Notes: a model not told the origin generated them from the sequence alone. A stretch of 32,000 bases of DNA from Candidatus Electronema aureum (GCA_004284765.1 NQJD01000007.1:1-32000); one strand, 5' to 3'; counted from the stretch's first letter, positions 1-8,067 are shown. Made by a program: numbers and translations.

Positions 1-114
1 CGTCTGATTCGTAAAATTTTGGCGCACACTGTTTGTGTCTTCCTTAATTTGGTCTATAACCGCCCTCCACTTGACTTGGATGGCTTGATTGCTGCCTAAT
101 CAAGTTTAAAAGAG

Positions 115-471
115 TTGCACATTAGGTTGTTAAGTGGAGTTGAGTACGAAGAAGTAGCTAATGGCGGAGATGGTGACACGCTGCGGGCAACAGTTGTAAC
201 TGAGGTTGTTCTATATCCCCAAGGAGTACTGAAGGATATCATTGTCTTTGAAATGTCTAATAAGTATTGGAATGAGCTATCTGCTTCAGGCAAGTTTGAC
301 GACAAGGAGGACAATTTCAACCTATTAAAGATAGATGCGACATACTATCTTTTCAGAAATAAAAAGAATGATAGTTTTGGCGTGCAGTTAGTATACCAAA
401 ATGGTACAGACCCTAATAAAGGTCTCGACGATCAGTCACTTGTCACGTTTGGATTTGTCTTCATTCGCTAA
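115..471 (+). CDS. hypothetical protein, no recognisable family; start uncertain (TTG 115 or ATG 250)
   Basis: Only long ORF in the AT-richer left edge. No motif I recognise. An upstream frame-1 ORF ends at TAA 97-99. A hairpin follows at 499-533. Confidence 0.3.
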   Translation: MHIRLLSGVEYEEVANGGDGDTLRATVVTEVVLYPQGVLKDIIVFEMSNKYWNELSASGKFDDKEDNFNLLKIDATYYLFRNKKNDSFGVQLVYQNGTDPNKGLDDQSLVTFGFVFIR

Positions 472-498
472 GAGCTTGCAAACACCCTGTCGCTACAT

Positions 499-533
499 GA
501 TTCCCATCCCTATCCTATGCAAGGATGGGAATC
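499..533. repeat. palindromic hairpin element, copy 1 (GATTCCCATCC - 13 nt - GGATGGGAATC)
   Basis: Perfect 11-bp arms at 499-509 and 523-533. A second copy with the same arm core and similar flanks lies at 19242-19270. Confidence 0.6.
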
Positions 534-752
534 CCTTCCACTCTTCATCGGCAATCATAGTCATCGCTCATCATATCTGCCCAGCAACGAGCATCCGTTT
601 GCCTCTGCGCTGCTTTACGTTCAACTTCAATAAATTCCTTGACAAAGCACCGACCTCGCTTTACGCTGGCTTGGAAGCCATTAAAATTGCCGCCTAATGA
701 TGACTGCCGTACTTGGCCTTGTTCTAACATCGACCATCTTGAAAAAGATACT

Positions 753-2219
753 ATGAACACCTGCACCCCTAACAGCCATATCGTTGATTCTGGTTTTTAC
801 TCCGGCGGCTACACGACGACAGAAGCCCGTCAAGTCTTCTGTGACCTGCACCGCTACCAACGCTGGTTAGATGTTGAATCTGCTTTGGCAATGGCAATGG
901 CCGGACTGAATATCATTCCCGTTGCCGCAGCGGAGAACATCCAGCAAAATGCTCATATCAACAAGCTCGACCTTGATGCCATTCGTGCTGGATTGAAAGT
1001 AACCAATCATTCGCTGATGCCGTTGCTTGCTGGCCTGCGCCAAGTCTGCGATAAGGAAGCAGGACAGTTCATTCATTTCGGGGCTACTACCCAAGACATT
1101 CAAGACACTGCCCAAGTGCTGGAGCTGCGCGACATTATCGAGATTGTTGAGCGTGAGTTGCACTGTATCATTAAGCTGCTCATCGAGCGGACGCAGCAAT
1201 ACCAAGACTTAGTAACTATAGGCCGCACTCACTGTCAGCACGCTTTACCGATGACAATGGGTCTGAAGATGGCTGGTTGGTTGGATGAGGTCTGGCGTAA
1301 TGTTGAGCGGCTGCACGAGATGAAGCAGCGCGTCTTAGTCAGCCAACTTTTCGGTGGTGTGGGTACGATGGATGCCTTTGGCGAGCACGCGCTGCCTCTG
1401 CTGACAGAGTTCTCCGTTCGTCTTGGATTACAAGCACCAAACGTTGCTTGGCACGCTTCCCGTGACCGCTTTGCCGAATATTTGTCCGTCTTTGCCCTGA
1501 CTGCTGGTTCCTTAGCGCGGATAGCGGACGAGATTCGCTGCCTTGCTCGTAACGAAACCGGCGAGATGGAAGAGCCATTTCACATGGGTAAGATCGGCAG
1601 TAGCACCATGCCGCACAAGCGTAACCCCGAGCTGTGCGAACAGGTGGTAGTGTTGTCCAAGTTGATTAAAGCACAGGCGATGCTTGGCTATGATGGGCTG
1701 CTCTGCGAACACGAACGCGACTACCGCTCAGTGCGGTTAGAGTGGGCCGCGCTTACTGATTCATCTCTCTATATGTGCGGGTTACTGGCGATGATGAAGC
1801 ATATTGTAGCCGACATGACCGTGCATGAAGAGCGGGTGCGCGAGAACGTTCTCCGGGCTGCGCCGCTGATTTCCAGCGAGGCACTAATGTTCTTCATTGG
1901 CACGAAGATCGGTAAGGAGAATGCTCATGCCTTGGTGTATCAGGTTTCAATGGAGGCAGTAGCAAGCAACAGGACGGTACTGGATATTTTGATGCAGATG
2001 CCAGAAGTGGCAAAGAACTTCAAACGGGAAGAGATTGAACAGGCCATTCTACCAGAAAAGCACATTGGTATGGCTAAAGAACTGAGCCAGCGAACAATTG
2101 CCGCTGTGCAAGCCAAGATGCAAGCGATAGGCGACGAACTGCCACAGAAAAGCGGGCAGCTCTGTCCTTTGATGATTACCGGGAATGTCTGTCCGCTCAA
2201 AAAACAAGGAATACGCTGA
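753..2219 (+). CDS. adenylosuccinate lyase / 3-carboxy-cis,cis-muconate cycloisomerase family protein (fumarate-lyase superfamily)
   Basis: Carries the superfamily signature GSSTMPHKRNP and the HFGATTQDIQDTA and TIGRTHCQHALP blocks typical of PurB/PcaB-like lyases. ATG 753 (MNTCTPNS...) is preferred over the TTG at 639 used by the ORF track. A C-terminal extension of about 35 aa contains two Cys (CPLMITGNVCPL). The subfamily cannot be assigned by eye. Confidence 0.85.
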   Translation: MNTCTPNSHIVDSGFYSGGYTTTEARQVFCDLHRYQRWLDVESALAMAMAGLNIIPVAAAENIQQNAHINKLDLDAIRAGLKVTNHSLMPLLAGLRQVCDKEAGQFIHFGATTQDIQDTAQVLELRDIIEIVERELHCIIKLLIERTQQYQDLVTIGRTHCQHALPMTMGLKMAGWLDEVWRNVERLHEMKQRVLVSQLFGGVGTMDAFGEHALPLLTEFSVRLGLQAPNVAWHASRDRFAEYLSVFALTAGSLARIADEIRCLARNETGEMEEPFHMGKIGSSTMPHKRNPELCEQVVVLSKLIKAQAMLGYDGLLCEHERDYRSVRLEWAALTDSSLYMCGLLAMMKHIVADMTVHEERVRENVLRAAPLISSEALMFFIGTKIGKENAHALVYQVSMEAVASNRTVLDILMQMPEVAKNFKREEIEQAILPEKHIGMAKELSQRTIAAVQAKMQAIGDELPQKSGQLCPLMITGNVCPLKKQGIR

Positions 2220-2232
2220 TCTGCTCCTGCGC

Positions 2233-2262
2233 GGCAGGTTTTCCACACCTGCCCTTTCCTCT
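2233..2262 (+). terminator. candidate intrinsic terminator after the lyase gene
   Basis: Hairpin GGCAGGT-TTTCCAC-ACCTGCC (2233-2253) followed by the pyrimidine-rich CTTTCCTCT. The U-tract is weak. Confidence 0.4.
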
Positions 2263-2281
2263 GGCCTGCGATAGCATCTTC

Positions 2282-2310
2282 TTGACAAACAAATCAGCGG
2301 CTCTTAGGAT
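2282..2310 (+). promoter_or_regulatory. candidate sigma70 promoter of the znu operon
   Basis: TTGACA (2282-2287), 17-nt spacer, TAGGAT (2305-2310), about 43 nt upstream of the znuA ATG. I could not find a palindromic Zur-type box. Confidence 0.4.
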
Positions 2311-2352
2311 GACCGAGCAACTGTGCTCTTCTTTCAACCTTGGACACAAAAG

Positions 2353-3225
2353 ATGATCGCAAAGATACTTTTTACCCTTATCCTGACTTTTATTTCTGCC
2401 GCTGCTTGGGCTGAACCCCTATCGGTGCTAGTCTCTATTACTCCGCAGCTATGGTTAGCCAACCAGATCGGCGGTGAGCTGATTAACACCCGCGTCCTTC
2501 TCGACAAAGGCCAAGACCCACACGGAATGCAGCCCACGCCGGAGCAAGTCACAGCGTTGTTTCGCTCCCGCATATACTTTACTGTTGGGCTGGAATTCGA
2601 GCACGAGTTAGAGCGGAAAATCAACCAGCCTGACACTGGAGTGCAGGTGGTGGATACCTCCGCAGAGATAAAGAAGATTTCCATGACTCAGCATAAACAT
2701 GGACACTATGAACAAGGTGAGGCGCAACACGGCGGTCTTGATCCCCATGTTTGGCTTGATCCACAGAACCTCCGACAGATGGCTGCGGCAATGGCTGCTG
2801 CGTTGAAGAAAGCTGATCCAGCCAACGCAGCAGTGTATGAGCGAAATCTCCAGAATACGGACAAGACCTTGACTGAGTTACATACGAAGATCAAGCAGCA
2901 GTTGGCTCCGTTCAGCGGCCAGTCTTTTCTCGTTTTTCATCCTGCGTTCGGCTACTTTGCCCACGCCTATAGTTTGCACCAAGAAGCCGTAGAGGTGGAG
3001 GGGAAATCACCTTTGCCTCGGCAGCTGCACGCGCTGATTGTTAAAGCCAAGCAGGAGAAGATCAAGGTGATCTTTGTTCAGCCACAGTTTGATCGCAAGA
3101 ATGCTGAGACCATCGCCCAAGCAATTGGTGGCACAGTGGTCAGCTTAGACCCGATGGCTGTTGATGTGCCGGGAAATTTGCGCTATATGGCTGAACAGAT
3201 CAGCGCTGCCCTTGCTCCCAAATAA
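2353..3225 (+). CDS. znuA: zinc (Zn/Mn family) ABC transporter substrate-binding protein
   Basis: Signal peptide MIAKILFTLILTFISAAAWA. Cluster A-I SBP blocks DPHVWLDP and VFHPAFGYF. His-rich loop HKHGHYEQGEAQHGG typical of ZnuA. Immediately followed by ATPase and permease genes. Confidence 0.8.
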   Translation: MIAKILFTLILTFISAAAWAEPLSVLVSITPQLWLANQIGGELINTRVLLDKGQDPHGMQPTPEQVTALFRSRIYFTVGLEFEHELERKINQPDTGVQVVDTSAEIKKISMTQHKHGHYEQGEAQHGGLDPHVWLDPQNLRQMAAAMAAALKKADPANAAVYERNLQNTDKTLTELHTKIKQQLAPFSGQSFLVFHPAFGYFAHAYSLHQEAVEVEGKSPLPRQLHALIVKAKQEKIKVIFVQPQFDRKNAETIAQAIGGTVVSLDPMAVDVPGNLRYMAEQISAALAPK

Positions 3226-3227
3226 TC

Positions 3228-3983
3228 ATGAGTGAAGCAGTTATTACTATCCGAGGTCTCGGCTTCGCCTACGATGAAATGCCGGTGTTGACGAATGTGG
3301 ACTTGGATATCTGGCCGCAGGATTCAGCCTGCATAGTCGGGCCAAACGGCGGCGGCAAGACCACCTTGGTCAAACTGATGCTCGGCCTGCTTGAACCGAA
3401 CCACGGCAGCATCCTCATCGGTGGTAAAACCCCCGCCGAGGCACGACGCAGGATCGGCTATGTTCCCCAGTATGCCCGCTACGATGCCTGCTTTCCCATC
3501 TCAGCGCAGGAGGTGGTCTGTATGGCGCGCCTCGGCAGCTCTTTCAGCGGCAGATACACGAAGCAGGATAAGCAGGCGGCATTAGAGGCATTAGCAGCGG
3601 TCAGTCTGGCAGATTTAGCCCAGCGGCCTTTTTCCGCTTTGTCCGGCGGGCAGCGGCAGCGGGTGCTGATCGCGCGCGCTTTGGCTTCGGGCGGCGATAT
3701 CCTTATTCTTGACGAACCCACAGCCAGCCTTGACCGCGAGTCTGAACAGGAGCTGCTTGCTTTGTTAGCCAAGCTGAACCAAGAGAAGATTATCCTGATG
3801 GTGACGCACGAGACCGGCTTTTCCTCCACCTTTTTCAAACGGATCATCTGCGTCAACAACCAAGTTTATGTGCATCCGACCAGCGCGCTGACTGGTGAGC
3901 TGATCCGCGAGATGTACGGCGGCGATCTACGGATGATTCGCCATGACCACCGCTGCTGCCCTGAAGGACACCAACATGACTGA
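3228..3983 (+). CDS. znuC: zinc ABC transporter ATP-binding protein
   Basis: Walker A GPNGGGKTT, ABC signature LSGGQRQRV, Walker B ILILDEP. Starts 2 nt after the znuA stop. The C-terminal tail is His/Cys-rich (HDHRCCPEGHQHD). Confidence 0.9.
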   Translation: MSEAVITIRGLGFAYDEMPVLTNVDLDIWPQDSACIVGPNGGGKTTLVKLMLGLLEPNHGSILIGGKTPAEARRRIGYVPQYARYDACFPISAQEVVCMARLGSSFSGRYTKQDKQAALEALAAVSLADLAQRPFSALSGGQRQRVLIARALASGGDILILDEPTASLDRESEQELLALLAKLNQEKIILMVTHETGFSSTFFKRIICVNNQVYVHPTSALTGELIREMYGGDLRMIRHDHRCCPEGHQHD

Positions 3984-4827
3984 GCTGTTTGCCGCCCTGA
4001 CTGACCCTGATCTGCCGTTCCTCCGCTACGGCCTGCTCACAGGCCTGCTGGCCTCGATTTCTTTTGGCATTATCGGCACGTTTGTGGTGGTGCGACGGAT
4101 CAGCTACATTGCCGGAGCCATCTCTCACTGCATCTTGGCTGGCATCGGTGGTGGCCTGTACCTCCAGACCGTGGCCGGTATCTCATGGTTCACCCCCATG
4201 ACCGGCGCAGTGATTGTCGCCCTACTCTCAGCGGTGATCCTCGCCCAAGTCAGCCGTCATGCTGGACAGCGGGAAGACTCGATCATTGGCGCGCTCTGGT
4301 CAGGCGGCATGTCTATTGGCTATCTTTTCATTGCTGCCACGCCAGGCTACTTTGATCCCAACTCGTATCTTTTCGGCAATATCCTGCTGATTACCAAGCA
4401 GGACATCTTCTTTGTCGCCGCTCTTGATCTGGTCATCTTAGCAGTGGTAGGCATCTTCTATAACAAGCTGCTGGCCATCTGCTTTGACGAGGAATACACC
4501 TTGTTGCGGGGAGTACGCACCCAGTGGTTGCACCTGCTTCTACTCTGCCTGACCGCATTGACTATTGTACTGTTGATCCGCATCGTCGGCATCATCATGG
4601 TGATTGCTCTGCTTACCTTACCTGCTGCCATTGCTGGCAATTTTGCTGCCAGCATCCGGCAGATGATGCTTCTTGCTGCTTTCTTCTGCGCAGCCTTCAT
4701 CACCACTGGATTAGGGGCCAGTTTTTACCTTAATCTGCCCAGCGGCTCGGTAATTATTGTGCTTGCCACTGGAGCTTATTTGCTCAGTTTAGCCTTGGAC
4801 AGAAAACGAACGGGGGGTCGAACTTGA
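3976..4827 (+). CDS. znuB: zinc ABC transporter permease
   Basis: Polytopic membrane protein with ZnuB/TroC-like blocks (FVVVRRISYIAGAISH, LLTLPAA). ATG 3976 overlaps the znuC stop by 8 nt. ATG 3943 is an alternative start. Confidence 0.85.
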   Translation: MTELFAALTDPDLPFLRYGLLTGLLASISFGIIGTFVVVRRISYIAGAISHCILAGIGGGLYLQTVAGISWFTPMTGAVIVALLSAVILAQVSRHAGQREDSIIGALWSGGMSIGYLFIAATPGYFDPNSYLFGNILLITKQDIFFVAALDLVILAVVGIFYNKLLAICFDEEYTLLRGVRTQWLHLLLLCLTALTIVLLIRIVGIIMVIALLTLPAAIAGNFAASIRQMMLLAAFFCAAFITTGLGASFYLNLPSGSVIIVLATGAYLLSLALDRKRTGGRT

Positions 4828-4967
4828 AAAGAAAAAAGAGGCTATGACTCAGTGAGCAGCATTGCCAAGAGAGAAAAGGCTTGCAAGTTTCTGGAAACTC
4901 CTTTACACTACCGGAACGTAATGAGCATGTTTTGTTTTAATTGTATATATGACGCGGAGTGAGATAT

Positions 4968-5555
4968 ATGAATAAGCTGTTTTCTTTTGCTATTGTTGTT
5001 TGTTCCGCCGTTATCTTGAACGGCTGTCAGCCTTACACCAATTCCTTCCCAGAATACGGGCAAAGCTCATCAACAACGGTTTATAAATATACCTCCTACC
5101 CCAACCGTTCCTCCTCGTCTATCCGCACGATTCAGCCGGAAGAAACATGGATTGAAGCACCTTCAACAACATCTTACACGTCACCGATAACCTATTATCC
5201 AACAACTCGATATAATTCGTACACGACGAATTCTTACACTACGATCCCGGTTTATCGGCCCCGACAGAACAGAACAAGATATTACGGCGACTGGTATTCT
5301 GGGCCAGCTTTCACCACGCCGCCGATGCAGCCCATACCTTATCCGACCGAGCAGTATTATCCCTTCAAGCGTCCATCCCCCGGTATCTACGTGCCTTGGC
5401 AACAAAGCAGCTGGCAAAATTCAGTCATGCCGAGGCGGTCAATCTATTATCCTCAGCAGCGTATAACCGTACCCTCATCAAGTTATTACTACTCCACATA
5501 TCCATCGACGCGGATCAGTACGCCCGTGTATATGGGGCCAACGTGGTGGTACTAA
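4968..5555 (+). CDS. Tyr/Ser/Thr/Pro-rich putative lipoprotein (LP1), low complexity
   Basis: MNKLFSFAIVVCSAVILNG|C has a signal peptide with a near-canonical lipobox (Asn at -2). GGAG lies upstream of ATG 4968. The mature part has about 27 Tyr in about 176 residues (my count) and ends in WWY. Confidence 0.75.
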   Translation: MNKLFSFAIVVCSAVILNGCQPYTNSFPEYGQSSSTTVYKYTSYPNRSSSSIRTIQPEETWIEAPSTTSYTSPITYYPTTRYNSYTTNSYTTIPVYRPRQNRTRYYGDWYSGPAFTTPPMQPIPYPTEQYYPFKRPSPGIYVPWQQSSWQNSVMPRRSIYYPQQRITVPSSSYYYSTYPSTRISTPVYMGPTWWY

Positions 5556-5626
5556 GGCAGAGCTTTTGTTGTATGTGACATGGAAAACAAGTAGTTCCTT
5601 CTGTACAACCTTCATCTGGAGGTCTT

Positions 5627-5896
5627 ATGAATATCAAAAGAATGCTGCTGGGCCTTGCCGCTATCGTTGGCATATTGAGCATGAACGGCTGTTACTATCA
5701 TCCTCTACCTCCTCCAGCGGCGGTCGTGATGCCTGAGACCCAGTCGTATGAGTCGTATGTTGTGGTTCCTTCCGCGCCAAGTATCCGAATTGCACCGTCT
5801 CGGCGTTCATATCGTCATTACGATTACCGTTACGCTCCTCGTCATTACCGCACGTACCGTCATGATCCTTACCGTAATTATCGTCATTATCGGTAA
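5627..5896 (+). CDS. small putative lipoprotein (LP2) with polyproline N-terminus and RxYRHY-repeat tail
   Basis: GGAGG lies 6 nt upstream. MNIKRMLLGLAAIVGILSMNG|CYYHPLPPP. The tail is RRSYRHYDYRYAPRHYRTYRHDPYRNYRHYR. Confidence 0.75.
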   Translation: MNIKRMLLGLAAIVGILSMNGCYYHPLPPPAAVVMPETQSYESYVVVPSAPSIRIAPSRRSYRHYDYRYAPRHYRTYRHDPYRNYRHYR

Positions 5897-5956
5897 GAAT
5901 CGCTGCGATGATGCCCATTGTAGTTGCGTTCTTCATCACAACACAGGAGAAGAATC

Positions 5957-6070
5957 ATGAAGAGATGTATCAGTCAAATGATTTTCTTAGCTCTTGTTGC
6001 CGGAATTCTCGGTGGCTGCTATTTCCCGCCGCCGCCTCATCACCCTCCCTATAGGCACCACAGACGTTAG
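5957..6070 (+). CDS. 37-aa putative mini-lipoprotein (LP3), not in ORF track
   Basis: AGGAGA at 5945-5950, ATG at 5957. MKRCISQMIFLALVAGILGG|CYFPPPPHHPPYRHHRR, stop TAG 6068-6070. Canonical lipobox LGGC. Shares the CY[YF]xPxPPP start and YRH[YH]R end with LP2. Confidence 0.65.
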   Translation: MKRCISQMIFLALVAGILGGCYFPPPPHHPPYRHHRR

Positions 6071-6079
6071 GTCAGAGCC

Positions 6080-6118
6080 AAGGGCTGCGTTGAACTTTCT
6101 GATGCAGCCCTTTCTATT
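6080..6118 (+). terminator. candidate intrinsic terminator after LP3
   Basis: AAGGGCTGC (6080-6088) pairs with GCAGCCCTT (6104-6112), followed by TCTATT. Confidence 0.5.
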
Positions 6119-6234
6119 CAAGGCTGTGTGCAAAAAATACTTGAAGAAGAAGCGACAGTCGCAGTATATTGATCAAATGACGTATCCATAAGGGAACGTC
6201 TGCTTTATGCTCACTCTCTTTAAGGATTATAATC

Positions 6235-6366
6235 ATGAACGCACTGAAAATGTCCCTCGTCCTGTTACTTGCAGCCTGCCTCTTCTCTGGTTGTACGGTA
6301 TATCACCAAGAGGCACCTCGTAAGTCTTCTGCTCCGTCCAACAGCCCAGAGCAGAAAGCGTATTAA
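6235..6366 (+). CDS. 43-aa putative mini-lipoprotein (LP4), not in ORF track
   Basis: AAGGA lies 9 nt upstream. MNALKMSLVLLLAACLFSG|CTVYHQEAPRKSSAPSNSPEQKAY, stop TAA 6364-6366. Canonical lipobox FSGC. Confidence 0.6.
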   Translation: MNALKMSLVLLLAACLFSGCTVYHQEAPRKSSAPSNSPEQKAY

Positions 6367-6376
6367 GATGTAACAA

Positions 6377-6418
6377 AGCGGGATTCTTTTCCTCCTGTAT
6401 TAGAGGAAGAATCCCGCT
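6377..6418 (+). terminator. long hairpin terminator closing the lipoprotein array
   Basis: AGCGGGATTCTT (6377-6388) pairs with AAGAATCCCGCT (6407-6418), with an inner CCTC/GAGG extension. An AT-rich tract follows. Confidence 0.6.
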
Positions 6419-6446
6419 GCATGATTAAAATTCTGTTGTTCCCGGC

Positions 6447-6477
6447 TTGACAATCCCCTCTCTTTCTGTGTTATATA
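6447..6477 (+). promoter_or_regulatory. candidate sigma70 promoter of the carbonic anhydrase gene
   Basis: TTGACA at 6447-6452. An AT-rich -10 region GTTATATA lies 17-19 nt downstream; the exact hexamer is ambiguous. Confidence 0.45.
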
Positions 6478-6485
6478 CTATCAGC

Positions 6486-6520
6486 ATTCGGCGACCTACT
6501 ACAGAAGTAGGTCGCCGAAT
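6486..6520 (+). promoter_or_regulatory. perfect 15-bp stem-loop at the predicted 5' end of the carbonic anhydrase transcript
   Basis: ATTCGGCGACCTACT (6486-6500), loop ACAGA, AGTAGGTCGCCGAAT (6506-6520), then CGTTCTTTAT. Sits between the candidate promoter and ATG 6577. Confidence 0.6.
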
Positions 6521-6576
6521 CGTTCTTTATGCAACGTTTGAGAAAATCTCAGTACAATAATCTTCAGGAGAAGACA

Positions 6577-7422
6577 ATGAAACGAGGAGTTATCAAGACT
6601 GTTCTTGGGGCCTGCCTGCTGGCTCTGGCTGCCACACCTGCTTTTGCCACTGACCTAACCGCAGATCAGGCATTGACCAAGCTCAAAGAAGGCAACGAGC
6701 GTTTCGTTAGCGGTAAGTCTATGCACCCGCACACTGACGCAGCTCGGCTGATTCAGGCGGGCAAGGAAGATCAGGGCAACCATGCCTACGCCACCATCAT
6801 TTCCTGCTCAGACTCCAGAGTGCCGGTTGAGCGGATTTTTGATGCAGGCATCATGGACACCTTCATCATCCGGGTGGCTGGTAACGTGATTGACACCGAC
6901 GAGGCAGGCTCTATCGAGTACGGCTTGGCTCATGTTAACACCCCGGTCTTTCTCGTGTTAGGTCATACGCAATGCGGCGCAGTTAAGGCTGTGACTGCGG
7001 CTGTGACTGGCCACGGCCATGCGCTGGAAATCAACATTCCGCCCTTGGTTGATAACATCGAGCCTGCGGTCAAGCGGGCGATGGAGCTGAATCCCAAGGC
7101 AAAAGAGGACAAGGATATCGTTCCAGCGGCCATTGTTGAAAACGTCTGGCAAGGTGTGCAAGACCTGTTCACAAGAAGCGCAGCAGTACGCGAGATGGCC
7201 AAGGGCGGCAAAGTCAAAGTGGTTGGTGCCATTTATGACGTAAGTACCGGCAAGGTTGAATGGCTGCCAGAAGATAAGGTAGGTACCATTCTGGCTGATG
7301 TTGAGAAAGACCCGAAACGGCAGATGCAAGCGATGGCTGACGAAGGCAAAGGCCACGAGGACCACGGCGACAAGAAAGAAGAGCATAAGGAAGAAGGCAA
7401 GAAGGAAGAGAAGCACAACTAA
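6577..7422 (+). CDS. beta-class carbonic anhydrase with N-terminal signal peptide and His/Glu/Lys-rich C-terminal tail
   Basis: Beta-CA zinc ligand motifs CSDSR and GHTQCGAV. AGGAG upstream of ATG 6577. MKRGVIKTVLGACLLALAATPAFA|TD looks like a Sec signal. Tail is GKGHEDHGDKKEEHKEEGKKEEKHN. Confidence 0.9.
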   Translation: MKRGVIKTVLGACLLALAATPAFATDLTADQALTKLKEGNERFVSGKSMHPHTDAARLIQAGKEDQGNHAYATIISCSDSRVPVERIFDAGIMDTFIIRVAGNVIDTDEAGSIEYGLAHVNTPVFLVLGHTQCGAVKAVTAAVTGHGHALEINIPPLVDNIEPAVKRAMELNPKAKEDKDIVPAAIVENVWQGVQDLFTRSAAVREMAKGGKVKVVGAIYDVSTGKVEWLPEDKVGTILADVEKDPKRQMQAMADEGKGHEDHGDKKEEHKEEGKKEEKHN

Positions 7423-7447
7423 TTGCTCATCTCCCCTGAGATGAAGA

Positions 7448-7480
7448 AAGGCCGGATTGAAAAATCTGGCCTTTTGCGTT
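7448..7480. terminator. intrinsic terminator between convergent genes (CA on plus, RdgC-like on minus)
   Basis: AAGGCCGGA (7448-7456) pairs with TCTGGCCTT (7465-7473) with one G-U pair. Followed by TTTTGCGTTT on the plus strand, and by an A-run on the other side. Confidence 0.7.
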
Positions 7481-7496
7481 TCAGCGTACAGTGGAA

Positions 7497-8051
7497 TTAC
7501 GCCACGGCCATATCTGCGCCGCTGCTGATCCATCGCCGTAGCCGGAGCAGCTCATCATTCCAGCGTTCTGAGGTGCGGATTTGCATAAAGAGGCGGAACA
7601 GCTCGTTGACCAAGTCAATCCCCTCTTCCAGCAGGGCAACGCGCTCCAATATCTGACCTTCCAGACCTTCGCGCTCATTGCTGCCGCCGTCATCAGCCCC
7701 AGCAGTGGCGGGCAACTTCATGCTACGGAATTCCAAGGTGGATGCGCTCAGGGTGAAGCTATATTCGCGTTCCTCGCTGCCGATTTTCAGCCGCGCCTGT
7801 TCGGGCCGCTTGCCCAAGGCAAGACCAGCACGGGCCTCTTTCAGCTCAGTCATCAAGCCCCGACAAACTAACTTTTCGCACTCCGGGCCTGAGCCGCATT
7901 CGAGTAGCATGTGCTTCTCAAAAACTACCGGTACTGTGCCCCTGCCAGGCAAATCGATACTGCCGCCCCGTTCCTCAGACTTGCACCAAAGCCAGATCAG
8001 GAACTCTTGGCCGAGAAAGCGTTTTTCTTCGATCAGATCAAGTAAGTCCAT
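7497..8051 (-). CDS. RdgC-like protein, C-terminal-half homolog
   Basis: By eye it aligns to the second half of E. coli RdgC: FLGQEFLIWLW with LTLTEWV, ALGKRPEQARLKIG...FTL...MKLP with EAGKVVTKLAL...FVM...LKF, and ILERVALLEEGIDLVNELF with FILMTGELAALIQNLI. Starts 16 nt after the stop of the upstream half. Confidence 0.55.
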   Translation of the reverse strand: MDLLDLIEEKRFLGQEFLIWLWCKSEERGGSIDLPGRGTVPVVFEKHMLLECGSGPECEKLVCRGLMTELKEARAGLALGKRPEQARLKIGSEEREYSFTLSASTLEFRSMKLPATAGADDGGSNEREGLEGQILERVALLEEGIDLVNELFRLFMQIRTSERWNDELLRLRRWISSGADMAVA

Positions 8052-8067
8052 CTTGTTCGCCTTGGGG

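Noticed and set aside
1-99. Frame-1 ORF open from the window start to TAA 97-99 (..RLIRKILAHTVCVFLNLVYNRPPLDLDGLIAA*) as the 3' end of an upstream gene
   Set aside because: Only 32 codons are visible and there is no recognisable motif. It cannot be supported from this window.
639-752. N-terminal extensions proposed by the ORF track using TTG/GTG starts (lyase 639, znuA 2323, LP1 4959, CA 6529, higA 10984, higB 11222, LysR 20948, kinase 28087, LRR 19856, Nif11-like 31773)
   Set aside because: In each case a downstream ATG with an RBS and/or a family-typical N-terminus (signal peptide, wHTH, promoter inside the extension) is the better start. The extensions have atypical composition.
6601-6615. 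LGAC within the carbonic anhydrase signal peptide as a lipobox
   Set aside because: The hydrophobic stretch before that Cys is only about 5 residues. A full h-region and an AFA|T signal-peptidase-I site follow, so SPase I cleavage is more likely. LipoP could confirm.
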